Shown: piece by piece, positions 1 to 8,944 of the stretch | How the letters are laid out: each line of letters starts with the position of its first letter | Position numbering within the stretch: the first letter of the stretch is position 1 | Assembly: GCA_934168005.1 (NCBI GenBank) | Contig: CAKPMN010000003.1 | Location: 1,100 to 65,099, forward strand | DNA length: 64,000 nucleotides | Reading direction: 5' to 3' | Source of the DNA: an uncultured Bacilli bacterium | Lineage (GTDB): Bacteria; Bacillota_I; Bacilli_A; RF39; UBA660 | The notes under the pieces: model-generated | Databases searched by the model: none | What the model was told of the DNA's origin: nothing | Seen by the model: only the letters and a program-made list of their open reading frames with translations | Translations under genes and position numbers: made by a program

Positions 1-128
1 CTGATGCGGTTAAGATTTTAGAAAAACATTTTCAAGATAAGATTAAAAACCCTCATTTAGTTATACCTAATTATTTAAAGAAAACAGAAGCGGAAGAAAA
101 ATTAAATGCTAATACACAAAATAACTGA
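1..128 (+). CDS. tsaB: tRNA t6A protein TsaB, C-terminal fragment (5' end outside window)
   Basis: The frame is open from the window edge (codons from nt 3) to a TGA at 126-128. The tail ...VIPNYLKKTEAEEKL resembles the TsaB C-terminus. It sits in the canonical tsaB-rimI-tsaD order. Confidence 0.55.
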   Translation, partial: DAVKILEKHFQDKIKNPHLVIPNYLKKTEAEEKLNANTQNN

Positions 129-501
129 AAATGATGTAGATAAAATTAAATTATGGATAAAAAAAGAATTTTCGACAGATACTTTTGAAAATACATTTTC
201 TACAACTATAGGCTGTTACGAAGATGATATTATAGCTTTTCTAACATACAGTTTTATGTATGATAGAGCTGAGATAGATTATATATATGTAGATTTAAAG
301 TATAGAAAAAATGGCATTGCCCAAGCTTTATTTAATGAGATGATTAATAACATAGGAAATGTTTCAATTTCTTTAGAAGTTAACGTTAATAATGAAGCAG
401 CAATAGAATTTTATAAAAAGAATGGTTTTAAAATAGTTTCAAAAAGAGAAAAATATTATCAAGATGTTGATGGATATTTAATGGTAAGAGGTGAAGTATG
501 A
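106..501 (+). CDS. rimI: GNAT acetyltransferase, ribosomal-protein-alanine N-acetyltransferase RimI-like
   Basis: 131 aa with a GNAT acetyl-CoA motif region ([11 protein letters not shown]...[10 protein letters not shown]). It overlaps tsaD by 4 nt, in the usual rimI position between tsaB and tsaD. Confidence 0.75.
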   Translation: MLIHKITENDVDKIKLWIKKEFSTDTFENTFSTTIGCYEDDIIAFLTYSFMYDRAEIDYIYVDLKYRKNGIAQALFNEMINNIGNVSISLEVNVNNEAAIEFYKKNGFKIVSKREKYYQDVDGYLMVRGEV

Positions 502-1502
502 AAGATACATATATTTTAGCAATAGAATCTAGTTGTGATGAGACAAGCTGTAGCATTGTAAAAAACGGTGCTTATGAAATCTCTAATATTGTTTTGTCCC
601 AAATTGATGTTCATACATTATATGGTGGTGTTGTCCCTGAAATTGCATCGCGTATGCATATTGAGGTAATAACAAAAGTAATAGAAGAAGCTTTATTTAA
701 GTCAACTTTAACTATGAATGATATAGATGCGATTGCGGTAACATATGGCCCAGGTCTTATTGGTTCACTTCTTGTAGGTGTTACAGCGGCTAAAACACTA
801 GCATATGTTTATAATAAACCATTAGTTCCAGTACATCATATAGCAGGACATATATATGCTAATAACTTGGTTTCACCTATGGAATTTCCATTAATGGCTT
901 TAGTTGTTAGTGGAGGTCATACAGAGCTTGTTTATATGAAGGAAGATTATAATTTTGAAGTAATAGGATCAACTTTAGATGATGCTGTTGGAGAGGTATA
1001 TGATAAAGTTGCCAGAGTAATTGATATTGGATATCCTGGTGGTCCTAAAGTTGATGAATTAGCTCATATCGGCGAAGATACTTATGATTTACCTTTACCA
1101 CTAGATGATTCATCATTTAATTTTAGTTTCAGTGGATTAAAAAGTGCAGTTATAAACTTAAAACATAATGAAGAACAAAGAGAAAATACAATAAGAAAAG
1201 AAGATTTAGCAACATCTTTTCAAAATAGAGTTGTTGAGATAATTACTAAAAAAACTATGCATGCATTAAAAGAATATGATTGTAAAAATTTAATCATAGC
1301 AGGTGGTGTTTCTGCTAATAAAGGCTTAAGAGAGAAATTTAGCAATTTATGCAGTAGGGAAGGTATTAATTTAACTGTTCCAGATCTTAAATATTGTACT
1401 GATAATGCTGCTATGATAGGAGCAGCTGGATATTATGCATATAAATTAGGAAGAAGAGCGGATTTATCACTAAATGCTAAAGCAACCGATTCTTTAAAAT
1501 AA
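498..1502 (+). CDS. tsaD: tRNA N6-adenosine threonylcarbamoyltransferase TsaD (Kae1/Gcp family)
   Basis: 334 aa. Begins [12 protein letters not shown], contains the HIAGH metal motif, [11 protein letters not shown] and CTDNAAMIG. Confidence 0.95.
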   Translation: MKDTYILAIESSCDETSCSIVKNGAYEISNIVLSQIDVHTLYGGVVPEIASRMHIEVITKVIEEALFKSTLTMNDIDAIAVTYGPGLIGSLLVGVTAAKTLAYVYNKPLVPVHHIAGHIYANNLVSPMEFPLMALVVSGGHTELVYMKEDYNFEVIGSTLDDAVGEVYDKVARVIDIGYPGGPKVDELAHIGEDTYDLPLPLDDSSFNFSFSGLKSAVINLKHNEEQRENTIRKEDLATSFQNRVVEIITKKTMHALKEYDCKNLIIAGGVSANKGLREKFSNLCSREGINLTVPDLKYCTDNAAMIGAAGYYAYKLGRRADLSLNAKATDSLK

Positions 1503-1526
1503 AAAACTTCAAATGAAGTTTTTTTT
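1501..1526. terminator. Bidirectional intrinsic terminator between convergent tsaD and clpP
   Basis: Hairpin AAAAAACTTC-AAAT-GAAGTTTTTTTT, with an A-run on one side and a T-run on the other. Confidence 0.6.
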
Positions 1527-2094
1527 AGTCTAATATTTTATCAACAAGACCATAATCAACAGCTTCTTTTGCAGTTAAAAAATAATCTCTTTCTGTATCT
1601 TGTTCTATTTCTTTAATGTCTTTTCCTGTATTTTTTGCTAGCATTTGATTTAATTTTTCTTTCATTTTTAATATTCTTTCTGCTGCTATTTTGATTTCTG
1701 TTGCTTGACCTTCTACTCCTCCAAGTGGTTGATGAATCATTACTTCTGAATTAGGTAAAACAAATCTTTTTCCTTTTTTTCCACTGGATAATAAGAAAGC
1801 TGCCATTGATGCTGACATTCCGATGCATATAGTTGATACATCACTTTTAATAAAATTCATTGTATCATATATTGCCATTCCTGCAGTAACACTGCCTCCT
1901 GGTGAATTTATATATAAACTTATATCATTATTGTTAATAGAATCTAAATATAATAGTTCTGCAACTATTGTATTAGCTGATTCATCTTTTATTTCTCCAG
2001 ATAATATGATAATTCTATCTTTTAAAAGTCTTGAATAGATATCGTATGAATATTCTGTTCCACCTTTTTTTTCAATAATACTTGGTATGATCAT
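1525..2094 (-). CDS. clpP: ATP-dependent Clp protease proteolytic subunit
   Basis: 189 aa. Contains [12 protein letters not shown], the catalytic Ser context [11 protein letters not shown] and [16 protein letters not shown] lies upstream. Confidence 0.95.
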   Translation of the reverse strand: MIIPSIIEKKGGTEYSYDIYSRLLKDRIIILSGEIKDESANTIVAELLYLDSINNNDISLYINSPGGSVTAGMAIYDTMNFIKSDVSTICIGMSASMAAFLLSSGKKGKRFVLPNSEVMIHQPLGGVEGQATEIKIAAERILKMKEKLNQMLAKNTGKDIKEIEQDTERDYFLTAKEAVDYGLVDKILD

Positions 2095-2213
2095 ATTTTA
2101 CCTTCTTTCTACTTTTATATTAGTTATAATTCTTGTTTTTATTCTAAAAAATATGTGACAAAGTTTTAAATATTTGATATACTTATATAGAATAAAAGAA
2201 TAGAGGGAAGCCT

Positions 2214-3875
2214 ATGGAAAAGAAGATTAGTGTAAATTTTAAAGATAGTGAAGTTAAAGAATTTGATTATGGTGTTACTTTATATGAAGTAAGTAAATCT
2301 TTTTCTCAGTATTATAATTATCCTATATTAATTGGAACTATTGATAATGATATAGCTGAATTGTCTGATAAGTTAACTAGAAGCTGTAAGGTTGACTTTT
2401 ATGATCGTAGTAGTGAAGTAGGAAATAGTATTTATTCTAGATCTACTCAATTTTTACTTGTATTAGCGGTAAAAGAGTTATTTGGAAGTAACATAGAAGT
2501 TACTATTGAACATTCAATTGATAAGGGATATTACTGTGAAATAGAAGGAATAGATATAGATAAACCAAATATATGTGATTTGGAAGATAAAATGCATGAG
2601 CTTGTTAAGGAAGATTTATTAATAAACAAATTTAGTGTTTCAAGACTTGATGCGATGAAATATTTTGAAAAGAAAAAGATGCTTGATAAAGTTAAAGTAT
2701 TAAAATACATAAGCAATACTTATATTAATCTATATAATATAAAAGGTTACTATGACTATTTTTATGGTAAACTTGCTTACTCAACTTCTCAAATTGATGA
2801 ATTTAAATTAACTTATATTAAAGGAAATGGTTTTGTTCTTTCTTATCCTACATATTATAATCCAGAATGTACATTAGATTATGTTCATCATCAAATGCTT
2901 TTTGATAAATTCTTAGATTATACTAACTGGGGAAAAAAGGTTGGAATAAGTAATGCGTATGATTTGAATAATGCAGTTTCACAAGGAAAAGCTGGAGATG
3001 TAATTAGATTAGCAGAAGCTTATTATGATAACCAAATTGCTGATATATCAGAAAAGATAGTGTCTAATAGTAATATTAAATTAGTTTTGATTGCTGGTCC
3101 TTCTTCTTCTGGAAAAACAACATCTTGTAAAAAATTAGCTGTAAGTCTTGAAAGCAAAGGGTTAAGACCACATCAAATATCTATGGATGATTATTTCTTT
3201 GATCGTGATAAAACTCCTAAGTTAGAAAATGGAGAGCTTGATACTGAATCAATAAATGCAATTGATATAACTTTATTTAATAAACATTTAATGAAACTAT
3301 TAAATGGTGAGAAAGTTGAAATTCCAACTTATAACTTTGTTTTAGGAAAAAGAGAATATAATGGACGCCACTTACAAATTGGAAAATCTGATATTATTTT
3401 AATTGAAGGTTTGCACTGTTTAAATGAAGATTTAACTATGGCGATTGATCGTAGTTTGAAATTTAAAATTTATATCAGTCCTTTGACTCAACTTAATATT
3501 GATAAACATAATCGAATTCATACAAGTGATACTAGAAAGCTTAGAAGAATTGTTAGAGATAATAAGTTTAGAGGTTATGGAGCTAGTGCTACTTTAAGAA
3601 AATGGAGAGATATACGTGATGGGGAGGAAAAATATATTTTCCCTTATCAAGATGATGCTGATTGTATGCTAAATTCTGCTTTAATATATGAAATAGGTGT
3701 TTTAAAGACATATGCTGAACCACTTTTGTTTAATGTAGAAGAAAGTGATCCTGCTTATCCAGAGGCTTTAAGACTTATTAATTTCTTAAGGAATTTCTTA
3801 CCAATTCCTTCTGAGGATATTCCAAATGATTCAGTTATTCGTGAGTTTATTGGAAATAGTTGTTTTTATAAATAG
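2214..3875 (+). CDS. Uridine-kinase-family nucleoside kinase with a ThrRS-like (TGS-type) N-terminal extension
   Basis: 553 aa. P-loop GPSSSGKTT and a PRK/udk-like C-terminal half. The N-terminal ~230 aa resemble the TGS/second-additional-domain region seen in this fusion family. Confidence 0.65.
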   Translation: MEKKISVNFKDSEVKEFDYGVTLYEVSKSFSQYYNYPILIGTIDNDIAELSDKLTRSCKVDFYDRSSEVGNSIYSRSTQFLLVLAVKELFGSNIEVTIEHSIDKGYYCEIEGIDIDKPNICDLEDKMHELVKEDLLINKFSVSRLDAMKYFEKKKMLDKVKVLKYISNTYINLYNIKGYYDYFYGKLAYSTSQIDEFKLTYIKGNGFVLSYPTYYNPECTLDYVHHQMLFDKFLDYTNWGKKVGISNAYDLNNAVSQGKAGDVIRLAEAYYDNQIADISEKIVSNSNIKLVLIAGPSSSGKTTSCKKLAVSLESKGLRPHQISMDDYFFDRDKTPKLENGELDTESINAIDITLFNKHLMKLLNGEKVEIPTYNFVLGKREYNGRHLQIGKSDIILIEGLHCLNEDLTMAIDRSLKFKIYISPLTQLNIDKHNRIHTSDTRKLRRIVRDNKFRGYGASATLRKWRDIRDGEEKYIFPYQDDADCMLNSALIYEIGVLKTYAEPLLFNVEESDPAYPEALRLINFLRNFLPIPSEDIPNDSVIREFIGNSCFYK

Positions 3876-3890
3876 AAAAGAGGATTTATT

Positions 3891-4892
3891 ATGATAAAAG
3901 TTGCTATTAATGGATTTGGACGTATAGGTCGTATAGTTTTTCGTATAATGGAAGAAGATCCTAGATTTGAAGTTGTTGCAATAAATGATTTAACTGATGC
4001 AGAACAACTTGCATATTTGTTAAAATATGATACTTCACATAGAAATTATAGAGTTGATGAAATATCTAATACTGATGATTCTATAATTGTTGGTGGTAGA
4101 AGTATTCGTGTTTATGCAGAAAAAGATCCTATTAATCTTCCATGGAAAGAACTTGGAATAGATGAAGTATTTGAATGTACTGGTTTATTTACTGATAAAG
4201 AAAAAGCTTATAGTCATATTAAAGCAGGTGCTAAGAAAGTTATTATTTCAGCTCCAGCAAAGGGTGATTTAAAGACTGTTGTTTACAATGTTAATGAATC
4301 AATTTTAGATGGTACAGAAGAAGTTATAAGTGCTGCAAGTTGTACAACTAACTGTTTGGCTCCAGTTTTAAATGTATTAGAGAAAACTTTTGGTGTTGAA
4401 AAAGGTTATATGACAACAGTACATGCTTATACCAATGATCAAGCTATATTAGATGTTGCTCATAAAAAAGGTATAAAGGCTCGCCGTGGTAGAGCGGGAG
4501 CTGCTAATATTATTCCATCTTCAACAGGAGCTGCTAAAGCAATAGGTCTTGTTATTCCATCATTACAAGGTAGATTGTCTGGTAGTGCTCTTAGGGTTCC
4601 AACTACTACTGGATCTGTTGTTGATTTAACAGTTGAGTTAAAGAAAAATGTAACAGTTGAAGAAGTTAATAATGCTATTAAAGCAAATGTTAATGAAACA
4701 TTAGGATATACTGAGGATCCAATTGTTTCTAGTGATATTATTGGCTCACATTTAGGATCTTTAGTTGATGGATTATTGACTGAAGTATTAGAAGTTGATG
4801 GAAAACAATTGGTTAAAGTTATTGCTTGGTATGATAATGAAATGGGATATAGTTCTCAAATGGTTCGTACAGCAGCATATTTAATGAAATAA
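3891..4892 (+). CDS. gap: Glyceraldehyde-3-phosphate dehydrogenase
   Basis: 333 aa. Contains INGFGRIGR (NAD binding), the catalytic SCTTNCLAP motif and WYDNEMGYS. Confidence 0.95.
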   Translation: MIKVAINGFGRIGRIVFRIMEEDPRFEVVAINDLTDAEQLAYLLKYDTSHRNYRVDEISNTDDSIIVGGRSIRVYAEKDPINLPWKELGIDEVFECTGLFTDKEKAYSHIKAGAKKVIISAPAKGDLKTVVYNVNESILDGTEEVISAASCTTNCLAPVLNVLEKTFGVEKGYMTTVHAYTNDQAILDVAHKKGIKARRGRAGAANIIPSSTGAAKAIGLVIPSLQGRLSGSALRVPTTTGSVVDLTVELKKNVTVEEVNNAIKANVNETLGYTEDPIVSSDIIGSHLGSLVDGLLTEVLEVDGKQLVKVIAWYDNEMGYSSQMVRTAAYLMK

Positions 4893-5056
4893 TTAAATTT
4901 AAAAAATGAAAAATAATTTCTTAATAGAAATTATTTTTTTTAATTGTATATAATATATTTTTCAAACTTAAAGATTCAAAAAATGTTAAATTGTTCATTT
5001 TTAAAATATTTAAGTGTATGTTAAAGTTTATTAGAAGATGTATAGAAAGGAGAGAT

Positions 5057-5239
5057 ATGGAACCGATAAAACCTTCTAAAATATGGGAAAGAATACTTAT
5101 GAGTGGTGATTTAGATGAAATAAATTTTTTACTTCATTTAGTGTTAACAGATGAAGAATCTATAAAAGTTATTTTAGAAAGATTAAAACAATTTACAATA
5201 GATGATTTAGATGTTAAAGTTAATATTAATTGTTTTTAA
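5057..5239 (+). CDS. Hypothetical small protein (60 aa from the internal ATG)
   Basis: The ORF-track entry is 4991-5239. The ATG at 5057 is preceded by AAAGGAGAG. I recognise no motif. Confidence 0.3.
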   Translation: MEPIKPSKIWERILMSGDLDEINFLLHLVLTDEESIKVILERLKQFTIDDLDVKVNINCF

Positions 5240-5277
5240 CTATTGATTATTTATTTTTAGATGCTATAATATATTTA

Positions 5278-5402
5278 TATATTGAAATGCGATGACTGGC
5301 TTGGAAACCAAGAGCAATATACTATTGAGAGATTCTAGTAGAATAAATAGAGTGGAACCGCGCTTATGCGTCTCTATAAAATGCATGGATCTCTCTTTTT
5401 TT
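5278..5402 (+). promoter_or_regulatory. T-box leader (glycine) upstream of glyQS
   Basis: Promoter-like TTGATT (5243-5248) and TATAAT (5265-5270). K-turn-like UGCGAUGA and the T-box core AGAGUGGAACCGCG at about 5350-5363. The UGGA bulge fits a U73 discriminator as in tRNA-Gly. A GGC triplet lies at about 5298-5300. A U-run ends at 5402. Confidence 0.7.
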
Positions 5403-5418
5403 ATGAAAGGGTGATTAT

Positions 5419-6783
5419 ATGGCTTCAATGGAAGAATTAGTAAATTATTGCAAACAATATGGATATATATTTCAAGGAAGTGAAATATATGGAGGACTTG
5501 CTAATACTTGGGATTATGGTCCACTAGGTTCTAGACTTAAAAATACAGTTAAAGATTGTTGGAGAAAACGTTTTATTCAACAAAGAAATAATGCTTATGA
5601 GGTAGATGCTGATATATTAATGCATCCTAGAGTTTGGGAAGCATCTGGACACGTTGGATCTTTCTCTGACCCTCTAGCTGATTGTAAAGAATGCAAAACT
5701 CGTCATAGAGTTGATAATTTAATTAATGATTTTTCATCTTCATCAATAGGTGATGCTATGAGTAATGAAGAAAGAATGGAATATATTAGAACTAATCATG
5801 TTCCATGTCCAAAATGTGGTAAGTGTAATTTTACAGATGTTAGGGAATTTAATTTAATGTTTTCAACTCAAAGAGGTGTAACAACTGATTCTAAAAACAC
5901 AATTTATTTAAGACCTGAAAATGCACAAGGAGAATATGTTAATTTTTTAAATGTTCAAAGAACTATGAGAGCTAAATTACCTTTTAGTATCGGTCAAATA
6001 GGTAAAGCTTTTAGAAATGAAATAACTCCAGGTAACTTTACTTTTAGAACAATTGAATTTGAACAAATGGAATATCAAACTTTTTGTAAAGAGGGTACTG
6101 ATTTAGAAATATATGAATATTTTAAAGAGTATGGTAAAAAATTCTTTATGGATTTGGGATTACCTGAGGAAAAATTAAGATTTCATGATCATGAAAAACT
6201 TGCTCATTATGCTAAAGCTGCTTGCGATATAGAATACAAGTTTAATTTTGGTTGGGGAGAAATTAATGGTACTCATAACCGTACAAATTTTGATTTAACT
6301 CGTCATCAAGATTATTCTGGAGTTGCTCAAACTTACTTAGATCCAGATACAAATGAAAAATATATACCATATATTATTGAGTCTACTTATGGACTTGATC
6401 GTACAATTTTAGCATTACTTGATGAGGCTTATACAGAAGAAACTTTAGAAAATGGTGATACAAGATTAGTATTAAAATTAAACCCTGTTTTAGCTCCATA
6501 TAAAGTGGCTGTATTACCTTTAATGAAGAAACTTCATAGTGATAAAGCTAAAGAAATATTAGAAGAGTTACAAAAACATTTTATGACTACTTATGATGAT
6601 GCTGGTAATATAGGAAAACGTTATCGTAGAAATGATGCGATAGGTACTCCTTATTGCATTACTGTAGATGATGATACCATAAATAATGGAACTGTTACAT
6701 TAAGAGATCGTGATACCATGGAACAAATTGTATTACCTTTGTCTGAAGTAGTATCTTATGTAGAAAAAAATATTCAATTTTAA
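5419..6783 (+). CDS. glyQS: Glycine--tRNA ligase (class II, alpha2 GlyQS type)
   Basis: 454 aa. Contains FQGSEIYGGLANTWDYGPLG, FRNEITPGNFTFRTIEFEQME and an anticodon-binding C-terminus. Confidence 0.95.
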   Translation: MASMEELVNYCKQYGYIFQGSEIYGGLANTWDYGPLGSRLKNTVKDCWRKRFIQQRNNAYEVDADILMHPRVWEASGHVGSFSDPLADCKECKTRHRVDNLINDFSSSSIGDAMSNEERMEYIRTNHVPCPKCGKCNFTDVREFNLMFSTQRGVTTDSKNTIYLRPENAQGEYVNFLNVQRTMRAKLPFSIGQIGKAFRNEITPGNFTFRTIEFEQMEYQTFCKEGTDLEIYEYFKEYGKKFFMDLGLPEEKLRFHDHEKLAHYAKAACDIEYKFNFGWGEINGTHNRTNFDLTRHQDYSGVAQTYLDPDTNEKYIPYIIESTYGLDRTILALLDEAYTEETLENGDTRLVLKLNPVLAPYKVAVLPLMKKLHSDKAKEILEELQKHFMTTYDDAGNIGKRYRRNDAIGTPYCITVDDDTINNGTVTLRDRDTMEQIVLPLSEVVSYVEKNIQF

Positions 6784-6866
6784 AATGAAAAAGAAATTTT
6801 ATATTTCTTTTTTTATTATTATGTGTTAAAATGGTTTTATAGTGAAGGAATATAAGGAGGAATAAA

Positions 6867-7280
6867 ATGGGAATTTTAAAAAAATGGATGAATGGTGATG
6901 ATCCAGATGTTTTTTCTACTAATACAGCTGTAGATGAATATTACGAATTAACTCCTGAAGACGCATTACAAGAAAATGATGGAAGAAGCAAAATGATTCT
7001 TTTAGAACCAAGAGCTTATTCTGAATCTCAACAAATAGCTGATCATTTAAAGATGAGAAATACTGTTGTTGTTAACTTAAAAAGAGTTACTTCAGATCAA
7101 GCTAAGAGAATAGTTGATTTTTTAGCGGGAACTATTTATGCAATTGGAGGAGATTTACAAAAAATTGGTAGTGGAATATTTTTATGTACTCCTAACAATA
7201 TAAATATTCAAGGAAAAATTACTGATGAAACTCAAGGAAAAGATATTCATGATAATAGTGATATAAATATTGAGTGGTAG
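6867..7280 (+). CDS. sepF: Cell division protein SepF
   Basis: 137 aa. Contains [27 protein letters not shown]...[23 protein letters not shown], typical of SepF, and lies upstream of divIVA. Confidence 0.85.
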   Translation: MGILKKWMNGDDPDVFSTNTAVDEYYELTPEDALQENDGRSKMILLEPRAYSESQQIADHLKMRNTVVVNLKRVTSDQAKRIVDFLAGTIYAIGGDLQKIGSGIFLCTPNNINIQGKITDETQGKDIHDNSDINIEW

Positions 7281-7320
7281 AAAGGGTAAGTGTGCTACTA
7301 AGTAGCACTAGGGTTATAAT

Positions 7321-7779
7321 ATGGAAAAATTTAGTAGAACACTTCGTGGTTATAATCCAGATGAGGTTAATCGCTATTTAGATAAAGTTATTAATCAGGT
7401 AGAAGCTATTATTTCTGAAAACAAGAAAAAAGATGCTAAATTAAATGAACTTTCTAAATTAGAACAAGAAAACGAAAAATTAAAATCTAGATTAGAACAA
7501 TATGAAAAACTAGAAGAAACTATGAATAAAGCTATATTAATGGCTCAAAAAACTTCTGAACAGATTAAGTTAGCTGCTCATGATGAATCTGAAATTTTGT
7601 TAGAAGAAGCAAAAAAGAATGCTAATCGTATAGTTAATGAAGCATTACTTAGAGCTGAAAAAACAGAACATGAAGCAAATCTACTTAGAAGAAATATTAA
7701 TATCTTCAAAAAACGTGTTCGCGATATAGTAGAAGCACAATTAGAAGTAGTAGATGAGTTTGATAAGATAGATTTATAA
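7321..7779 (+). CDS. divIVA: DivIVA-domain cell division/polarity protein
   Basis: 152 aa. Has an N-terminal F..TLRGYNPDEVNRYLDKV DivIVA motif followed by a coiled coil. Confidence 0.85.
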   Translation: MEKFSRTLRGYNPDEVNRYLDKVINQVEAIISENKKKDAKLNELSKLEQENEKLKSRLEQYEKLEETMNKAILMAQKTSEQIKLAAHDESEILLEEAKKNANRIVNEALLRAEKTEHEANLLRRNINIFKKRVRDIVEAQLEVVDEFDKIDL

Positions 7780-7799
7780 AACAAATGAAAAAGACGGTA

Positions 7800-7984
7800 C
7801 TATGATAAATTTTTAGAGAGTATGTGGTTGGTGCAAACATATAATGAATTATAGTATAGATCACTTTGGATGTGTTTTTGTTAAAAGCAATTACCGGTAA
7901 CGCGTTATAGTTTTGAGATATCTTTTGATATAAAATAAGGTGGTACCACGTAATCACGTCCTTATATAGGATGTGATTTTTTTT
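7800..7984 (+). promoter_or_regulatory. T-box leader (isoleucine candidates AUU/AUC) controlling the antiporter-ileS operon
   Basis: AGAGAG bulge, distal UGGUGCAAAC, GAAUUAU and AGAUCAC specifier candidates. T-box core AAGGUGGUACCACG at 7937-7950. Terminator AATCACGTCC...GGATGTGATT plus a T-run ending at 7984. Confidence 0.75.
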
Positions 7985-7994
7985 GGAGGAAAAT

Positions 7995-8936
7995 ATGAAT
8001 ATAATTTTATTGATAATAGGTTTTATAATTTTAATTAAGGGTGCGGATATATTTGTAGATGGCGCATCAAGTTTAGCTAGCAACTTTAAAGTTCCAAAAA
8101 TATTGATAGGTCTTACAATTGTAGCATTTGGAACTAGTGCACCAGAGTTTGCTGTATCAATTAAATCTATGCTCTCAAATAATGGAGACATAGTTCTTGG
8201 AAATGTAATAGGAAGTAACATTTTTAATATTTTATTAATACTAGGTGTAGCAGGAATGATTTATCCTCTTACTGTAAAAAAGGATACTGTAAAAAAAGAG
8301 TTACCTATGGTCTTACTTATAACATTAGCTTTCTCTGTTTTACTATCTGATAATTTATTTGAAAATACTAAAAATATTTTTACAAGATCTGATGGTATAA
8401 TAATTTTACTTTTTTTCTCAATATTTTTATATTATTTAATTTCAATAGCTCTTAAAGATAGAGGAGTAAAAAAGGTAGAAGAGCCCAAATATAATTTATT
8501 AAAATCTATTATATTTACAAGTCTAGGAATAGGTGCTATTATACTTGGAAGTAATATGGTTGTGGAAGAAGCTGTTGTTTTAGCTAATAAAGTTGGTATA
8601 TCTGAAAAGATTATAGCTCTTACGATTATAGCTTTTGGTACATCCTTACCAGAGTTAGTTACTTCGGTAGTTGCTTCTATAAAAAAAGAAACAGATTTAG
8701 CTATTGGAAATGTAATAGGAAGTAATATCTTTAATATTTGTGTTGTTATAGGAATTCCTGCATTACTATTTGGAGATATAGAGGCTATTTCATTTACTTA
8801 TATAGATTTAGGAGTATTATTGCTTTCAAGTTTGATACTTTGGTTATTTACTTTTAGAGATTATAGAATATCTAAACGTGAAAGTTTAATATTATTAGTT
8901 ATATTTATAACTTATTATACTTATGTATTGATATAG
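7995..8936 (+). CDS. Ca2+/Na+ antiporter, CaCA (YrbG-like) family
   Basis: About 313 aa. Two alpha-repeat motifs (GTSAPEF...GNVIGSNIFNILL and GTSLPELVTS...GNVIGSNIFNI). Start taken as the ATG at 7995 after GGAGGA; the track's 7983 is a TTG. Confidence 0.8.
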   Translation: MNIILLIIGFIILIKGADIFVDGASSLASNFKVPKILIGLTIVAFGTSAPEFAVSIKSMLSNNGDIVLGNVIGSNIFNILLILGVAGMIYPLTVKKDTVKKELPMVLLITLAFSVLLSDNLFENTKNIFTRSDGIIILLFFSIFLYYLISIALKDRGVKKVEEPKYNLLKSIIFTSLGIGAIILGSNMVVEEAVVLANKVGISEKIIALTIIAFGTSLPELVTSVVASIKKETDLAIGNVIGSNIFNICVVIGIPALLFGDIEAISFTYIDLGVLLLSSLILWLFTFRDYRISKRESLILLVIFITYYTYVLI

Positions 8937-8944
8937 GAGGATTT

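Noticed and set aside
7706-8221. Long antisense ORFs in the six-frame track. Examples: 1823-2038, 2531-2716, 7578-7784, 7706-8221, 12044-12313, 12340-12570, 13377-13645, 14694-14897, 15888-16270, 17671-17892, 18779-19072, 20101-20349, 21170-21397, 25907-26098, 27295-27543, 37598-37804, 45751-45984, 48202-48441, 49086-49271, 57649-57840, 58504-58731, 59672-60088.
   Set aside because: Each lies opposite or out of frame within a gene that has clear family motifs. They lack RBSs and encode low-complexity Ile/Leu/Phe/Ser-rich peptides, as expected from stop-poor frames in very AT-rich DNA.
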